Source: an uncultured virus (IMG/VR IMGVR_UViG_3300023174_008090)
Lineage: Duplodnaviria > Heunggongvirae > Uroviricota > Caudoviricetes
Length of the DNA: 56,355 nucleotides
IMG/VR virus record: IMGVR_UViG_3300023174_008090
Strand: one strand, 5' to 3'
Position 1 is the stretch's first letter. Each line of letters starts with the position of its first letter. The notes below the pieces were generated by a model. That model worked only from the letters and a program-made list of their open reading frames with translations. It was not told the origin of the DNA and made no database searches. Made by a program: the position numbers and the translations under genes. Below are positions 1 through 10,982 of the stretch, one piece after another.

Positions 1-1
1 G

Positions 2-3000
2 AGTGTTTCTGGTTCTGTAGTAGCAACAACACCTAACACAATAATAAACTTTACAATTCAAGGCACATACATAGTTTCTCTTACTGTAACAGATGATTTT
101 GGCGCTACAAATACTGCCAGTGTTACAGTGAATGTAACTCCTCCAGACAATATTCTTCCAATAGCAATATTGAATGTAGATAAAAATTCTGGTGTAATAA
201 ATGATACATTTACTTTTAATGTGTCAGGTTCATATGACCCAGATGGTTCTATTGTTCTTTATCAATTAGATTTTGGAGATGGGAATTCTACTCAATTTGT
301 TAATCCTGCTCCTATCTCTCATGTTTACAGTAAAGTTGGTAGCTACACTGCAAAACTATCTATCACTGATAATAGAAGTGGTGTAAGCTTGGAAACTATT
401 AATTCAGTTCAAGTTATTACTATAAATAATCAGCCACCTGTAGCTAGTTTTTCATATAGTCCAACTAATGCATTTACATTTGATCCTATAACATTTACTG
501 ACAATTCTAGTGATCCAGAAAATGCTTTGTCTAAATGGGTTTGGGATTTTGGAGATCTTACAAATTTTTCCACCACAGATCCACTACAAAAAAATCCAAC
601 CAAATCTTATAATAAAGGCAATAAAGATTACACAGTAGCTTTAACTGTTTACGATAATTTTGGTTTGTCAAATACAACTTCTAGAGTTGTGACTATAAAT
701 AATAGAAAACCATTTGCAGTAATTTCGACAAATTACACTCCCACAAATAATGTTATTGTGGGCATAGCTCCATTTACAGTTATATTTGATTCAAATTCTT
801 ATGATTTAGATGGAACAATTGCAAACTACGAATGGTATATTTATGGATTAGTAGGAACACCTTTCACGACTAAATCTTTTACTTATACTTTTAATGCTGC
901 TAGATTCACTCCATATGTGGTTACATTAAGAGTCCAAGATGATGATGGTACTTGGAGTGATTTGGCAAATATTGGAGTCAAAGTCAATCCTCCAAATATT
1001 CCTCCTGTAGCAGTAATTAAAGCAAACCCAGCATCAAATTCTAGTTTTGCACCAGTTTCAGTATCTTTTTCAGCTGCTGGTAGTTATGATCCTGATAATA
1101 TTGGTGGACCGCTTATTTATGCGTGGGATTTTGGCAATGGAAGTATTTCTGATCAAATTGAAGTAGCCACTACTTATAATAGTTCAGGTACATATAAAGT
1201 ATCTCTCACTGTTACAGATAATTTAGGTGCAACAAATACTGCTACATTAGACTATATAGTTAAAAATAATAAACCTGTAGCAGTTTTAGATACAGTGCCT
1301 ACGGGAATTACACAAGTACAAGTCAATACTTCTGTGCAATTTACTTCACAAGGTAGTTATGACTCAGATACTAATCAATTTATAAATGGATACAAATGGT
1401 TAGTTGATGGCATAAATCAAAATTTTAATACACCTAACTTGTCTGCATCATTTAGCACTGTTGGAAATCATGTTGTAACTCTTTCAGTTTTTGATAATTT
1501 AGGTTTAGAATCTAACCCTGTATCAAAAACAATAGTTGTAATTCCAGTTCCACCAGCAAATCAAAACCCAATAGCAATTCTTGGCAATGAACCTAGTGTT
1601 ACAGGGTACATTGAACTTAAGGTTGGTGACACTTATACTTTTGACGGCATTACTTCTTATGACCCTGAAGATGGATCTAATATTACATTTGAATGGTTAA
1701 TTGATGGAGTGAAGTCTGGATATACTTCAACATTTGCAAATCAATTCAATACAATAGGAATATTTACAGTAAGTTTAGTTGTTTTTGACACACAGAAGTT
1801 AGCTTCAACTCCTGCAACAAATTTAGGAAAAAGATATTCTGTGCAAGTAAATGTTTCTGCTTCTCCTAATCCTCTAGCAAATAAATTATTTTCAACTGGA
1901 CAAGCATTATATGGAGCAATTGCAAGTGGCTTTACTTTACCTGACAGATATGGTTTCCAGTTAGTTGATGATACAAAACAATATACTATAATTGAAGCTG
2001 GTCTTTATCATACATTCGTAGTGGATGCTGCAGGAAAACTTTATGCAAGTGGTTCCAATAGTAATGGTCAGTTAGGTTTTCCATCAAATATTACTCAACA
2101 AAATTCCTTAACTTTAGTGCCTTTAGCATCAAAATATAAAGTTATAAAAGTTTCTGCTGGCGATTATTGTTCTGCTATTATTGCAGAAGATACATCAATT
2201 GGTAAGAGAGTTTTATTAGGTTGTGGATCTAACATAAATGGGATTTTTGGACAAGCATTACCAAGAACAAACATATATAGTTTTCAACCTATACTAGAAA
2301 GAGCTAATAATTTTAGTGGAGCAAGTTATACTTCTAATAATGGCTTACTTGATGTATCTTGTAATTCATATATTCTTGCTTTCACTGACAATAAACAAGT
2401 ATGGGTAGCAGGAAGTCATAGATATACGAATAAAACTGGAATCATTGACACTGGATTTTTCCCTATAAATATTGACCCAAATCCAGATTTACAACTTGGA
2501 AGCACCAATTATCTCAATCCATTTAGGTTAGAAGTTGGGTTTAATAATTTATCAGGTTTTGTAACTGGGCTTGGATATGATGTTAACAATCAGATTGTAT
2601 GGTTTGCTGGATTGTCAAGCTTAAGAGGTTGGGGTTATGCTTACGATATTTCAACTTACGAAAATAATATAGTAGTAATTACAGCATCTCAAGACCCATA
2701 CTTCGACCACGCAATATATCTATACTTTTTTTCAGCAAATGAAGTTCCTCAATTTAATGTCAGTGCAGGTTTAGCATCTGACAGAAACCCTGGTGAAAAT
2801 TTCTTAAAAGTATCAACTGGAAGTTTTGGGTATCTGGCTTTATCAGAAACTTTGTTTTATCCTTACGGTTTGAATGATCATGGTCAGCTCGGATATTCTC
2901 AATCTGTATCAAGCTCATTTGCTTTGAACACTCAATACAGTTTACCAAGTGGAGTAGTTCTTGCGAATATGAGTGTAACTGGTATAGCTGATATATCTGC

Positions 3001-3136
3001 TGGTGGAAATCATTCAATTATTTTAGCTTCAAATGTCAGACCTTCAACAACTTCATTCACAATCATTAACCCAGGCGGATATGCCACAGACCCACAATTT
3101 CCTACTTCTTATCCAATTACTCAAATAGCCCAGTAA
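2..3136 (+). CDS. 5'-truncated multi-PKD domain protein with C-terminal RCC1-like repeats (putative virion adhesin)
   Basis: Frame is open from base 2 (SVSGSVVATT...GTYIVSLTVTDDFGATNTASVTV), so the ORF-track start at 128 is not the true start. At least 6 PKD-type units (WDFGD, S.DPDG, Y.V.LTVTD). C-terminal RCC1-like motifs IEAGLYHTF...ASGSNSNGQLG, VSAGDYCS, ISAGGNHSII. Confidence 0.85.
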   Translation, partial: SVSGSVVATTPNTIINFTIQGTYIVSLTVTDDFGATNTASVTVNVTPPDNILPIAILNVDKNSGVINDTFTFNVSGSYDPDGSIVLYQLDFGDGNSTQFVNPAPISHVYSKVGSYTAKLSITDNRSGVSLETINSVQVITINNQPPVASFSYSPTNAFTFDPITFTDNSSDPENALSKWVWDFGDLTNFSTTDPLQKNPTKSYNKGNKDYTVALTVYDNFGLSNTTSRVVTINNRKPFAVISTNYTPTNNVIVGIAPFTVIFDSNSYDLDGTIANYEWYIYGLVGTPFTTKSFTYTFNAARFTPYVVTLRVQDDDGTWSDLANIGVKVNPPNIPPVAVIKANPASNSSFAPVSVSFSAAGSYDPDNIGGPLIYAWDFGNGSISDQIEVATTYNSSGTYKVSLTVTDNLGATNTATLDYIVKNNKPVAVLDTVPTGITQVQVNTSVQFTSQGSYDSDTNQFINGYKWLVDGINQNFNTPNLSASFSTVGNHVVTLSVFDNLGLESNPVSKTIVVIPVPPANQNPIAILGNEPSVTGYIELKVGDTYTFDGITSYDPEDGSNITFEWLIDGVKSGYTSTFANQFNTIGIFTVSLVVFDTQKLASTPATNLGKRYSVQVNVSASPNPLANKLFSTGQALYGAIASGFTLPDRYGFQLVDDTKQYTIIEAGLYHTFVVDAAGKLYASGSNSNGQLGFPSNITQQNSLTLVPLASKYKVIKVSAGDYCSAIIAEDTSIGKRVLLGCGSNINGIFGQALPRTNIYSFQPILERANNFSGASYTSNNGLLDVSCNSYILAFTDNKQVWVAGSHRYTNKTGIIDTGFFPINIDPNPDLQLGSTNYLNPFRLEVGFNNLSGFVTGLGYDVNNQIVWFAGLSSLRGWGYAYDISTYENNIVVITASQDPYFDHAIYLYFFSANEVPQFNVSAGLASDRNPGENFLKVSTGSFGYLALSETLFYPYGLNDHGQLGYSQSVSSSFALNTQYSLPSGVVLANMSVTGIADISAGGNHSIILASNVRPSTTSFTIINPGGYATDPQFPTSYPITQIAQ

Positions 3137-3159
3137 AGGTATAAACCCTTTAAATTTTT

Positions 3160-3165
3160 TATAAT
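3160..3165 (+). promoter_or_regulatory. -10 box TATAAT, leaderless arrangement
   Basis: 6 nt before ATG 3172; no SD; also 20 nt downstream of TAAAGG. Confidence 0.45.
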
Positions 3166-3171
3166 ATTATT

Positions 3172-6060
3172 ATGAACCTTTCCCCTGATCCACGACAATT
3201 AAAATCAAAAGTCTCTTTAAGTGTTATGAGTGCGGCTGAAAGTGGGTTCTTTTCAGGAGATTATACTGCTACTACTGCAACAAAATCACAAGACAATTTA
3301 AATGTTTTGAATTATGATTTTGGAGTTACATATACTTTTGATGGAGTCAATCAACCTAAATATAGTGGTAGATTACAGGCAATTAATTCCTTTCAAAATG
3401 CTAGAATTCCTGAAGTAAATACATCAATAAGTGCATCATCATGTACATTTGCGTTTGGAGGTATAGAACCAGGTGTGGCTGATCCAGTTACAGATCTATT
3501 AATTGGTCCAACTAATAACTATAATCCAAATTTTATAGATGACGCGAAACAATCTTCAGTGAATGCTCCAACAGAAAATTTTGTTGGAAATGATCAATTA
3601 CCTTACACACCAAAGATACCATTTAAGACAACTAACACATCTGGCAGTAAATTAACTACATATAATATTTGGAATATTGTAGATGGCCCAACTGATGCTA
3701 TAAAATTTGTAGGCCCCGTAAGTCAAGGCGCAGATTCTGGCACAATTAGAACTATAAAAGATCCAAATGGTGGAGCTCAAGTAGAAGTAACATCTGAAAG
3801 AACGAATACTTCTATACAAAGAATTTACACTACTGATTTTGATGCCGTATATCAAGATGCAGCCAAGGTTGTAAATCCCGATGGTACTCAAGAACCTATA
3901 AGGGCTCGTGGTAAAAACGGAAATAATGGATTTCATATAAATTTTTCAGTAAGCAATATGCAAACTGATAAATCGGCTTTGAGAATAAAAATCAAACCTA
4001 AAGAAGCAAATATTAATTATATCAATGATTTTTATATTGATTTTAAGATAGATAAAAAACCAGTTTTATTTTTATTCGATCCTCAAACAAATTCTTATTT
4101 GCAACAATCTGATTTAGTAGCTCCTGTATTAGATGAATCAAATATGAAGTCTTATAGTGTCTATGTTCACTTTATAGGACCAAACTTATTAGTTGGATTT
4201 ACACCAGATATTTCGAGATGGAATACAATAATTGGGTTTGGAGGTAGAGAAATTTTTTGTCCTCCAGCAACCGAAATTTCAATTGATATATCTAATTTAA
4301 ATTTGAAATTTAGATACTCTGCAATTATTTTCAATAATTTTAATCCAACACAACCTGCAATTGCAACAAAAAATCATATTATTGCAGAGTTTAAATATTC
4401 TAGAAAAAAAATTCCTGATCCATCAGCTTTACTTAGTGTTGTTTACAATACATTTGAGGCATCATCGTATCGCAGGAATGATAGCCCCAATCAAAACGGT
4501 TTCAATGTTGCAAATCCTAAAGATAAGAATATCTCATATTTTGCTGATTTAAGATTAGATGGTCCGCAATTTTATAAACCTTTTCCATATGCAAAATCTT
4601 CATACATCAATGCAGACCCTGATATTTACACATTGTTGTTTAAGGTCATTTATAACACCACAATAGAAGGTCCGGCTTTTTTGCAAGTTGAAATACCTCA
4701 CCCAGCTATCTTGGCATCCACTGGAGCAGCAAACTTAAGCGGTGGAAATACAGGGCTTGAGGATTATAGATTTTTAAAACCTAATTTGGGAGAATTGTTT
4801 TACAAAGTTGGAGATATAACTCAATGGGTAGAAAGTTGGAATGTTTCTTGCAGAAATGAATTGAGTAATTTTTCATATATTTCAAAGACTGCTAGAGTTG
4901 TACTGCGTAATATAGATTCAGAAGAAGGTCGAAAGTTTATAGATGCTATAGAAAACAATTTATTAGTAATAACACTTGAGGCAGGTTATGACGAGTTGTC
5001 TCAAATAAGCACCTATTTTCAAGGTTTTATAGTCAAATCTTCTTACACTAGAAGTGGCAATGACAGCTCATTCACTTTGGAGTGTGTTGATGTTGGAAGC
5101 TATTTGATGCAGAATCTAGTGTTTGATAAAAATATGCTGATTGCTGGTATGAGGCATGATCTTGCAATAGATTCGATTATGGCTTGTTCAGGATTTTGGA
5201 ATTTTTATTTCAGAAACAATACTGGAATAGATGGTATTGACTTAAGATTAAACAATGAATCAGTCAATAATAATGACTTAATTAAATTAAACCCAACAGA
5301 TTTAATTGGTGACAAATTAAAGTTATTACTTCAAAGACTTAATACTCCTTTTGCTTTGCCAACATTTAGATGGGCTGAAAATTATGGATTTATTTTAGAA
5401 TCAAGAAATAATTATTTAGATACAGATTTGAAATTTACAGGCTTGAATGAAAATGGTAGTGGTTATAAGTTTCAAAGCAATGATTTAAACTATACAAATT
5501 TTATGAATAATTACAAAAAAGATATTCATGGTTTGTTGACAGGAAGCTACACGATTGATACTGATATGAACAACCTCTCAGCAGGATTGAGAGTATTTGG
5601 AGTTTCAATTACAGGTTTTTTAGCTAGAGAAATTTATAATCCAGAAGCTGTGCAATTATCAGTGGCCGCTCAAGTCAATTTATTAGATTACTTAGCTGCA
5701 ACCCCAAGATCTGGATCAATTATAGGTTTGCCCACACAAGTTCCATATGTAGGATTTAAAAAATGGTGGATTGAATCTATGATGAGGAATACAATTCCTG
5801 ATGATTTTGTTTTGACTCAAATTTTAAATAATTTTGATCAAATAAGACAAACTCCAGTAAGTTCGATTAATTTTAGTTGTTATGTATCAAAGCCATTAAG
5901 TTTTCATGGAAAATTTTATATAAATGTCTTATCTGGCACTTCTACAGCACAAACAGACAAGTATATTTATAGCAGTATACAATATTCTTATGACAAAGTT
6001 AATAACTTCATAACTGCAGATGTTTCAGGTTTCAATATTCCACTCTTATTAAGGAAATAA
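3172..6060 (+). CDS. Large virion protein; C-terminal half resembles a baseplate hub (gp27/gpD/Tal-like)
   Basis: 962-aa ORF. The segment ITLEAGYD...YFQGFIVKSSYTRSGNDSSFTLECVD follows the pattern typical of phage baseplate hub/late-control D proteins. Lies in the structural cluster. Confidence 0.55.
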   Translation: MNLSPDPRQLKSKVSLSVMSAAESGFFSGDYTATTATKSQDNLNVLNYDFGVTYTFDGVNQPKYSGRLQAINSFQNARIPEVNTSISASSCTFAFGGIEPGVADPVTDLLIGPTNNYNPNFIDDAKQSSVNAPTENFVGNDQLPYTPKIPFKTTNTSGSKLTTYNIWNIVDGPTDAIKFVGPVSQGADSGTIRTIKDPNGGAQVEVTSERTNTSIQRIYTTDFDAVYQDAAKVVNPDGTQEPIRARGKNGNNGFHINFSVSNMQTDKSALRIKIKPKEANINYINDFYIDFKIDKKPVLFLFDPQTNSYLQQSDLVAPVLDESNMKSYSVYVHFIGPNLLVGFTPDISRWNTIIGFGGREIFCPPATEISIDISNLNLKFRYSAIIFNNFNPTQPAIATKNHIIAEFKYSRKKIPDPSALLSVVYNTFEASSYRRNDSPNQNGFNVANPKDKNISYFADLRLDGPQFYKPFPYAKSSYINADPDIYTLLFKVIYNTTIEGPAFLQVEIPHPAILASTGAANLSGGNTGLEDYRFLKPNLGELFYKVGDITQWVESWNVSCRNELSNFSYISKTARVVLRNIDSEEGRKFIDAIENNLLVITLEAGYDELSQISTYFQGFIVKSSYTRSGNDSSFTLECVDVGSYLMQNLVFDKNMLIAGMRHDLAIDSIMACSGFWNFYFRNNTGIDGIDLRLNNESVNNNDLIKLNPTDLIGDKLKLLLQRLNTPFALPTFRWAENYGFILESRNNYLDTDLKFTGLNENGSGYKFQSNDLNYTNFMNNYKKDIHGLLTGSYTIDTDMNNLSAGLRVFGVSITGFLAREIYNPEAVQLSVAAQVNLLDYLAATPRSGSIIGLPTQVPYVGFKKWWIESMMRNTIPDDFVLTQILNNFDQIRQTPVSSINFSCYVSKPLSFHGKFYINVLSGTSTAQTDKYIYSSIQYSYDKVNNFITADVSGFNIPLLLRK

Positions 6061-6063
6061 ATT

Positions 6064-6291
6064 ATGCCCGTATTTCAATCACTTTCTTTCGTAGTTAATG
6101 AACAAATTAGGCAAAATCAAGTCTTGCTTAATAATGGTATATCTTTAAGATCTGTCGTTTCTCAACAATTACAAGTAGTCAATACAAATAAAAATAATAT
6201 TATAAATGATATAGATGTCTTAAGATGGGGATATGCAAACTGGGGCATAGAAAAAGTTACTTCTGAATATAAGCCACAAGAAATTAAATAA
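6064..6291 (+). CDS. Small hypothetical protein
   Basis: 75-aa ORF filling the gap; AAGGA upstream; TAATG overlap with the next gene. Confidence 0.65.
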   Translation: MPVFQSLSFVVNEQIRQNQVLLNNGISLRSVVSQQLQVVNTNKNNIINDIDVLRWGYANWGIEKVTSEYKPQEIK

Positions 6292-9200
6292 TGGGAAATA
6301 CGCCAATATACAGGTTTGGATACATTGAACCAAACCAAGATCTGTCAGAAAATATTGATTTAGATGAACTTCGCTTCAAGTCCATCGATAATCAAATGTA
6401 CAATTTGTATCAAATCTTCAAAAATGGAATTATTGAAGATGATCCTGCTACACCTTCTTGGCGAATACAAACTTATTCAAATGAATTCAAACTTACAAAA
6501 ATTACAATAACTTCTGGAAAGGGTTTTGTTTCTTATAAAGCTGGCAATACTACAGTTTCTAAAGATATTACATTACCAACAATACCTGCTACTGTAGGTG
6601 TATCAAAAGTTTATGTATATGCTTATGAAAATGAAAACACAGCAATTACAGGTGATGTAGATTTTGTTGGTTCACTAACTGAAATCAATGATTCAGTAAA
6701 TTACATACCATTAGGATATGTAGAAATAGATGTAGCCAAAAATCTTATAAGTTTGTCAGAGACCAATAGACAAGATATTACATTATTTTCTACACTTTCA
6801 TATCTTATTAAAAATCACAAACATATTGGTGGAACAGGCAATCCTTCTCCTATTGATTTATCTTATGAAGTAAAAAACAAACTTACAAGTGAAAATATTA
6901 GTAATGTAGATGCTTCAAAAATTACTACTGGCGTTTTGGATTCAGCAAGACTTCCAACCATTAGTCATAACAGTTTGGAAGACAAAGGCAATCTTACTCA
7001 CGATCAATTAGAAACTGCATTATTGGCTGTTGTAAATAATGATGCCAATGACAAAATGTCAGATCTTTCAATAGCAAACAGACTTCAAATGTTAATCGCA
7101 TTGAAAAAATCTGGTGGAGTTGGATTTACATTTATTGATTCAACTCAAATTAACACATTGTCATATGTCCCAGGTATTTATCCCAACATTTCAATTAATG
7201 CTGCAACAGGAAATTCAGCAAATTTTGCTCAAACAACCTCAGTTCCAAGTCAATATACTTTAGCAACAATTTACGACACAGCGCCTCATACTTCAGGATC
7301 AGGCATAAGTGGATCAGTGACTTCAAGTAGTTTTGTGGGTGATAAATCTTATGTAATCAAAAATGATTTTTTACAAGCCAAAACTGTAGCATCATCTTTG
7401 GGCTCCACAATCAATACTTTTTTTAGCAATATTAACATTTCAGGCTCAGCAACAACAGGTAGTTTTACAATTGATACACCTTTAAATTACCTTACTTTAT
7501 CTCAGCCTGTTTCAAGCATTTTTGACACAACTGGATCTTGGGACACTGGATTAGTATTTACAACTTCTTATGCCTCAAATAAAGTTAAAGTGGACACAAG
7601 TTTATATGCATACACTTTATTTAATCAGCCTGTTTCATTAGATTTTGATTCTAAAGTTGGATTCGGTTTTTCAGCAGGCCTTGGAGAAACAGGTGCAGCA
7701 TTAGGTAAGATTTATATGTTCCTTGTTGTTGGAAATGGAAATACAGATCCAGGTTTGCAATATGATCAAAAGATTGATTTTGCACCAAACACTGGTTCTG
7801 GTTCTTCAACAATTTATATATCACCAGTAACAAATGTAAAGATTTTTGATGACACTACATATGGATTTACAGGCTCAACTGCCACTTATTCTTCTGTGAA
7901 TTTGTCTGATTTTGGAAATAGTAGTTTAAAATCATCTGTAATAGGATTTGGTTTTTATTTTTCTACAGATCAAGGCTGGAATGCTGAGAAACAAATCAAG
8001 TTTGAGTTACTTACTCCAACGGATGCTCAAATAAATGCTACAGGAAATAATGACAATTTGGTAGTTGCTCGTCGTAATTCTGTAGACCAAACATCATCAG
8101 TTTTTACTTGGAATGACATCTATAGATACAAGAATGCTAATTTCTTATTGAGATTTGATTCTGGAGACACCAATACTCAATACAATCAAATTCAATATGA
8201 TATTAATGTTCCAACAGGAACAAAATATACTGTTCAAAGTAGATCAAATGTCAATTCTGATTTGTTTTATAATTTTAAAACAGTTTCTGAAACTGATGTA
8301 ATAATTGCTACACCTAATACAAGTTCAAGTACAGGTAGATACTTTGATGTTTTATTTTCTCTTTATGCAAATGAATATCAAAGTATAGCTCCTACTGTGA
8401 ATAACTTGAGAATAAATTATTCTACTGTTGGAAGTGCTACTACTAGAACTTACGACAGAAATCTTACTGATACTACAAATCAAAAATTTGGTTGGTTGAG
8501 TGATGCCTACTATAATAAAAATGCTGGGTATGGAATCACAAATCCAGATGGTACTAATTATTTAAAAATTTATGACACATCAAATGTTGGCAATTGGATT
8601 TATTTAAGGAACAACAACTTAATATCTGCAGCAAGTAATGTTCTTGAAACAACAATTGAAGATGGAATAGATGCTGGATCTTTAAAAAATTATCTAACAC
8701 CTAATCAAATTTTTATGAAATCCACCAATTATGGATTAGATACTCCTACTGATTATCAAGCCTTGTCATCTGGCGGAAATATAATTTGCGATAGTAAAAA
8801 TGATAGAATTATACTCACAGATATCAATGGCGTTTTTACAAAGGTTATTCAAGGCAACATAAGATTAAAACTCATATCCAGAGACTTTGTTGCGCTTTCA
8901 TCTTCGTTCAACCCAGACACTAGAAAAATATTTATTGCTTTTTCACAAAATATCTCATTTGTTGATTTGACAAAAATTTATATAACATATGACAATATTT
9001 CTGTTAGGGGAGACGACACTAGACTTTCTGGTGAATATTTAGATCCTATATTTGATTCTTCTGCAACTTATGTATTTACTATAAAAAATACAGTAGAAGG
9101 TATAGCCTTAAATACAGCAATTAAAAACGCTTTAACTAAAAAGATTAGATTGGACAAAGGCTGCTTTACAAACTCTGGATATTCAATTAATACAAATACA

Positions 9201-9956
9201 GCTTTGTCAGCTACAATACCAACATCTTCAGTATCTACAGTTAATAGAACTCAACAATTTGTAGCTGGAATAAGTACCTCAATTACAGGAACATCAGCAG
9301 TTACAACAGGATTGCCTACTACTACAACAGTTGTAAATACTGTTACAGATTATAATGGCGATGGAACAATTTCTACTACTGCAATGTATGGCCCAAATTC
9401 ACAAACAGATAATATTATTTTAGATATGTGGCAAGGACCAATATATTTTGCAAATATTTATAATCCTGTTTCTGTTCAATATGATGAAACAAATTCACTA
9501 ATTGTTATTGCTCAGCCACACACTAAATCTGTATTGTGTTATGCAAATGACACAGATTTAACTTTGAAATGGGCAATAACTCAAGATATTGTTAATTATT
9601 ATGATAACAAACTTGGATCTGCATATTTGTTATCTAATGGCAAAGTACTGCTTGGTAGTCCAGCATTAGATACAACTGATACTGGAAAAATGCAAGTTTA
9701 CAATGTTTCTAATGGTTATATAGAAACAAAACTCACATTCAATAATGATGTAGTTAAAGCACTCCCTGGTCCAGCAACAGATTTTTCTAACTTCTATGTA
9801 TTAACTGATGATGTTATAAATTATGGCGCAAATTCCAGGTTACATCTAATTAATAACTCTGGAACAATATTATCAACTTGGGGAGACAATAATGAGTTAT
9901 TTCACCCTAAAGGTATGCGTATTATTTCAAATGACAATATTTTAGTATCGGAATAA
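6291..9956 (+). CDS. Large tail/baseplate fibre-type protein with HxH motif and C-terminal beta-propeller-like region
   Basis: 1221 aa, S/T/N/G-rich. Contains KNHKHIGG and DASKITTGVLDSARLP (fibre-like motifs) and NHL-like pieces (DSKNDRII, LFHPKGM). N-terminus resembles that of the 2737-aa protein. Confidence 0.65.
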   Translation: MGNTPIYRFGYIEPNQDLSENIDLDELRFKSIDNQMYNLYQIFKNGIIEDDPATPSWRIQTYSNEFKLTKITITSGKGFVSYKAGNTTVSKDITLPTIPATVGVSKVYVYAYENENTAITGDVDFVGSLTEINDSVNYIPLGYVEIDVAKNLISLSETNRQDITLFSTLSYLIKNHKHIGGTGNPSPIDLSYEVKNKLTSENISNVDASKITTGVLDSARLPTISHNSLEDKGNLTHDQLETALLAVVNNDANDKMSDLSIANRLQMLIALKKSGGVGFTFIDSTQINTLSYVPGIYPNISINAATGNSANFAQTTSVPSQYTLATIYDTAPHTSGSGISGSVTSSSFVGDKSYVIKNDFLQAKTVASSLGSTINTFFSNINISGSATTGSFTIDTPLNYLTLSQPVSSIFDTTGSWDTGLVFTTSYASNKVKVDTSLYAYTLFNQPVSLDFDSKVGFGFSAGLGETGAALGKIYMFLVVGNGNTDPGLQYDQKIDFAPNTGSGSSTIYISPVTNVKIFDDTTYGFTGSTATYSSVNLSDFGNSSLKSSVIGFGFYFSTDQGWNAEKQIKFELLTPTDAQINATGNNDNLVVARRNSVDQTSSVFTWNDIYRYKNANFLLRFDSGDTNTQYNQIQYDINVPTGTKYTVQSRSNVNSDLFYNFKTVSETDVIIATPNTSSSTGRYFDVLFSLYANEYQSIAPTVNNLRINYSTVGSATTRTYDRNLTDTTNQKFGWLSDAYYNKNAGYGITNPDGTNYLKIYDTSNVGNWIYLRNNNLISAASNVLETTIEDGIDAGSLKNYLTPNQIFMKSTNYGLDTPTDYQALSSGGNIICDSKNDRIILTDINGVFTKVIQGNIRLKLISRDFVALSSSFNPDTRKIFIAFSQNISFVDLTKIYITYDNISVRGDDTRLSGEYLDPIFDSSATYVFTIKNTVEGIALNTAIKNALTKKIRLDKGCFTNSGYSINTNTALSATIPTSSVSTVNRTQQFVAGISTSITGTSAVTTGLPTTTTVVNTVTDYNGDGTISTTAMYGPNSQTDNIILDMWQGPIYFANIYNPVSVQYDETNSLIVIAQPHTKSVLCYANDTDLTLKWAITQDIVNYYDNKLGSAYLLSNGKVLLGSPALDTTDTGKMQVYNVSNGYIETKLTFNNDVVKALPGPATDFSNFYVLTDDVINYGANSRLHLINNSGTILSTWGDNNELFHPKGMRIISNDNILVSE

Positions 9957-9959
9957 ATT

Positions 9960-10925
9960 ATGAATCTGCAAATTGAAAATAATAAGCCAACAGTAAATGT
10001 TTTAGATAGTGAAAATATTTTGACATTTGAATTTTTATCTTTTGACAAAAATTATCTTATAAGCCAAAATGAAAACAATGTAAGATTTTTACTTAAAAAA
10101 TCAACTGTTGCAAATTTAAATATTTCAGAAAATATTTTTGAAATAAATTTTGAAAAAGTAATTTCTTATATTCAATTTGTTTCTATAAAGTTTAAATTTG
10201 ATTCTATAATTGAAATTGACAATAATTACATAATATTTTCTAGAGGTGATAAGGATTATGTCATAGATTTTCAAAACACAAAGTATAGTTTTGAATCAAA
10301 TGATACTATACTTGTTATTTTAGATAGATCAGATAATAGTTTGAAAGTTACAGAATTAAACTTTTTTGCCAAAAGTTTCAATTCCCAAAACTTCACAGCT
10401 TTCAATGCTACAAACTCATTTGTTATTGATGACACTTGCAAAATGCCTGAATTTTCAATTGGAAGTTATGATGATTCTTCATTATCTATTTCAAGACCAG
10501 TAAGGCAAGGAAATCCTGTTATTTCAACTGTTCCAGCATTAATAAACTCAAACTCTTCTACAGACGACATTGAATATTATAATAATGGAAATGGACCAGT
10601 TTCTAAAACAATTTATTTTAAAATAATTTGCAATACAATTATTGAAAACACTCTTTCTTCTGGAGATCTTTCACCAAATTTACAACTTAAGGTTTACCTT
10701 CCAAATGGTTTAGATACAGTGAAAGCACCAGTATATGTTGATATGTATTTTGTTTCTTCTGACTCAACAAATAATATATCAGTGTATTCTGCTTCATATA
10801 CATTTTATAAACAGGGCAGATACAACAATATTGATTATGTAGATGGATTTATGTATTTTGATGTACACTGCCCATTAACTGTACAAAAATCAATACCTTT
10901 CCAGTTTGATTTTCAACTTTTATAG
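9960..10925 (+). CDS. Hypothetical protein (probably structural)
   Basis: 321-aa ORF in the structural run; no recognisable motif. Confidence 0.7.
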   Translation: MNLQIENNKPTVNVLDSENILTFEFLSFDKNYLISQNENNVRFLLKKSTVANLNISENIFEINFEKVISYIQFVSIKFKFDSIIEIDNNYIIFSRGDKDYVIDFQNTKYSFESNDTILVILDRSDNSLKVTELNFFAKSFNSQNFTAFNATNSFVIDDTCKMPEFSIGSYDDSSLSISRPVRQGNPVISTVPALINSNSSTDDIEYYNNGNGPVSKTIYFKIICNTIIENTLSSGDLSPNLQLKVYLPNGLDTVKAPVYVDMYFVSSDSTNNISVYSASYTFYKQGRYNNIDYVDGFMYFDVHCPLTVQKSIPFQFDFQLL

Positions 10926-10950
10926 GGGCTACATCGGCTGGCAAAGAATA
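10924..10950 (+). promoter_or_regulatory. Putative phage late promoter AGG-N19-GAATA
   Basis: Shares CAAAGAATATTTT, at identical spacing from AGG, with the site at 41864-41890. Confidence 0.55.
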
Positions 10951-10982
10951 TTTTAATATTCCCTGTTTAGCGGTGGTTACAA

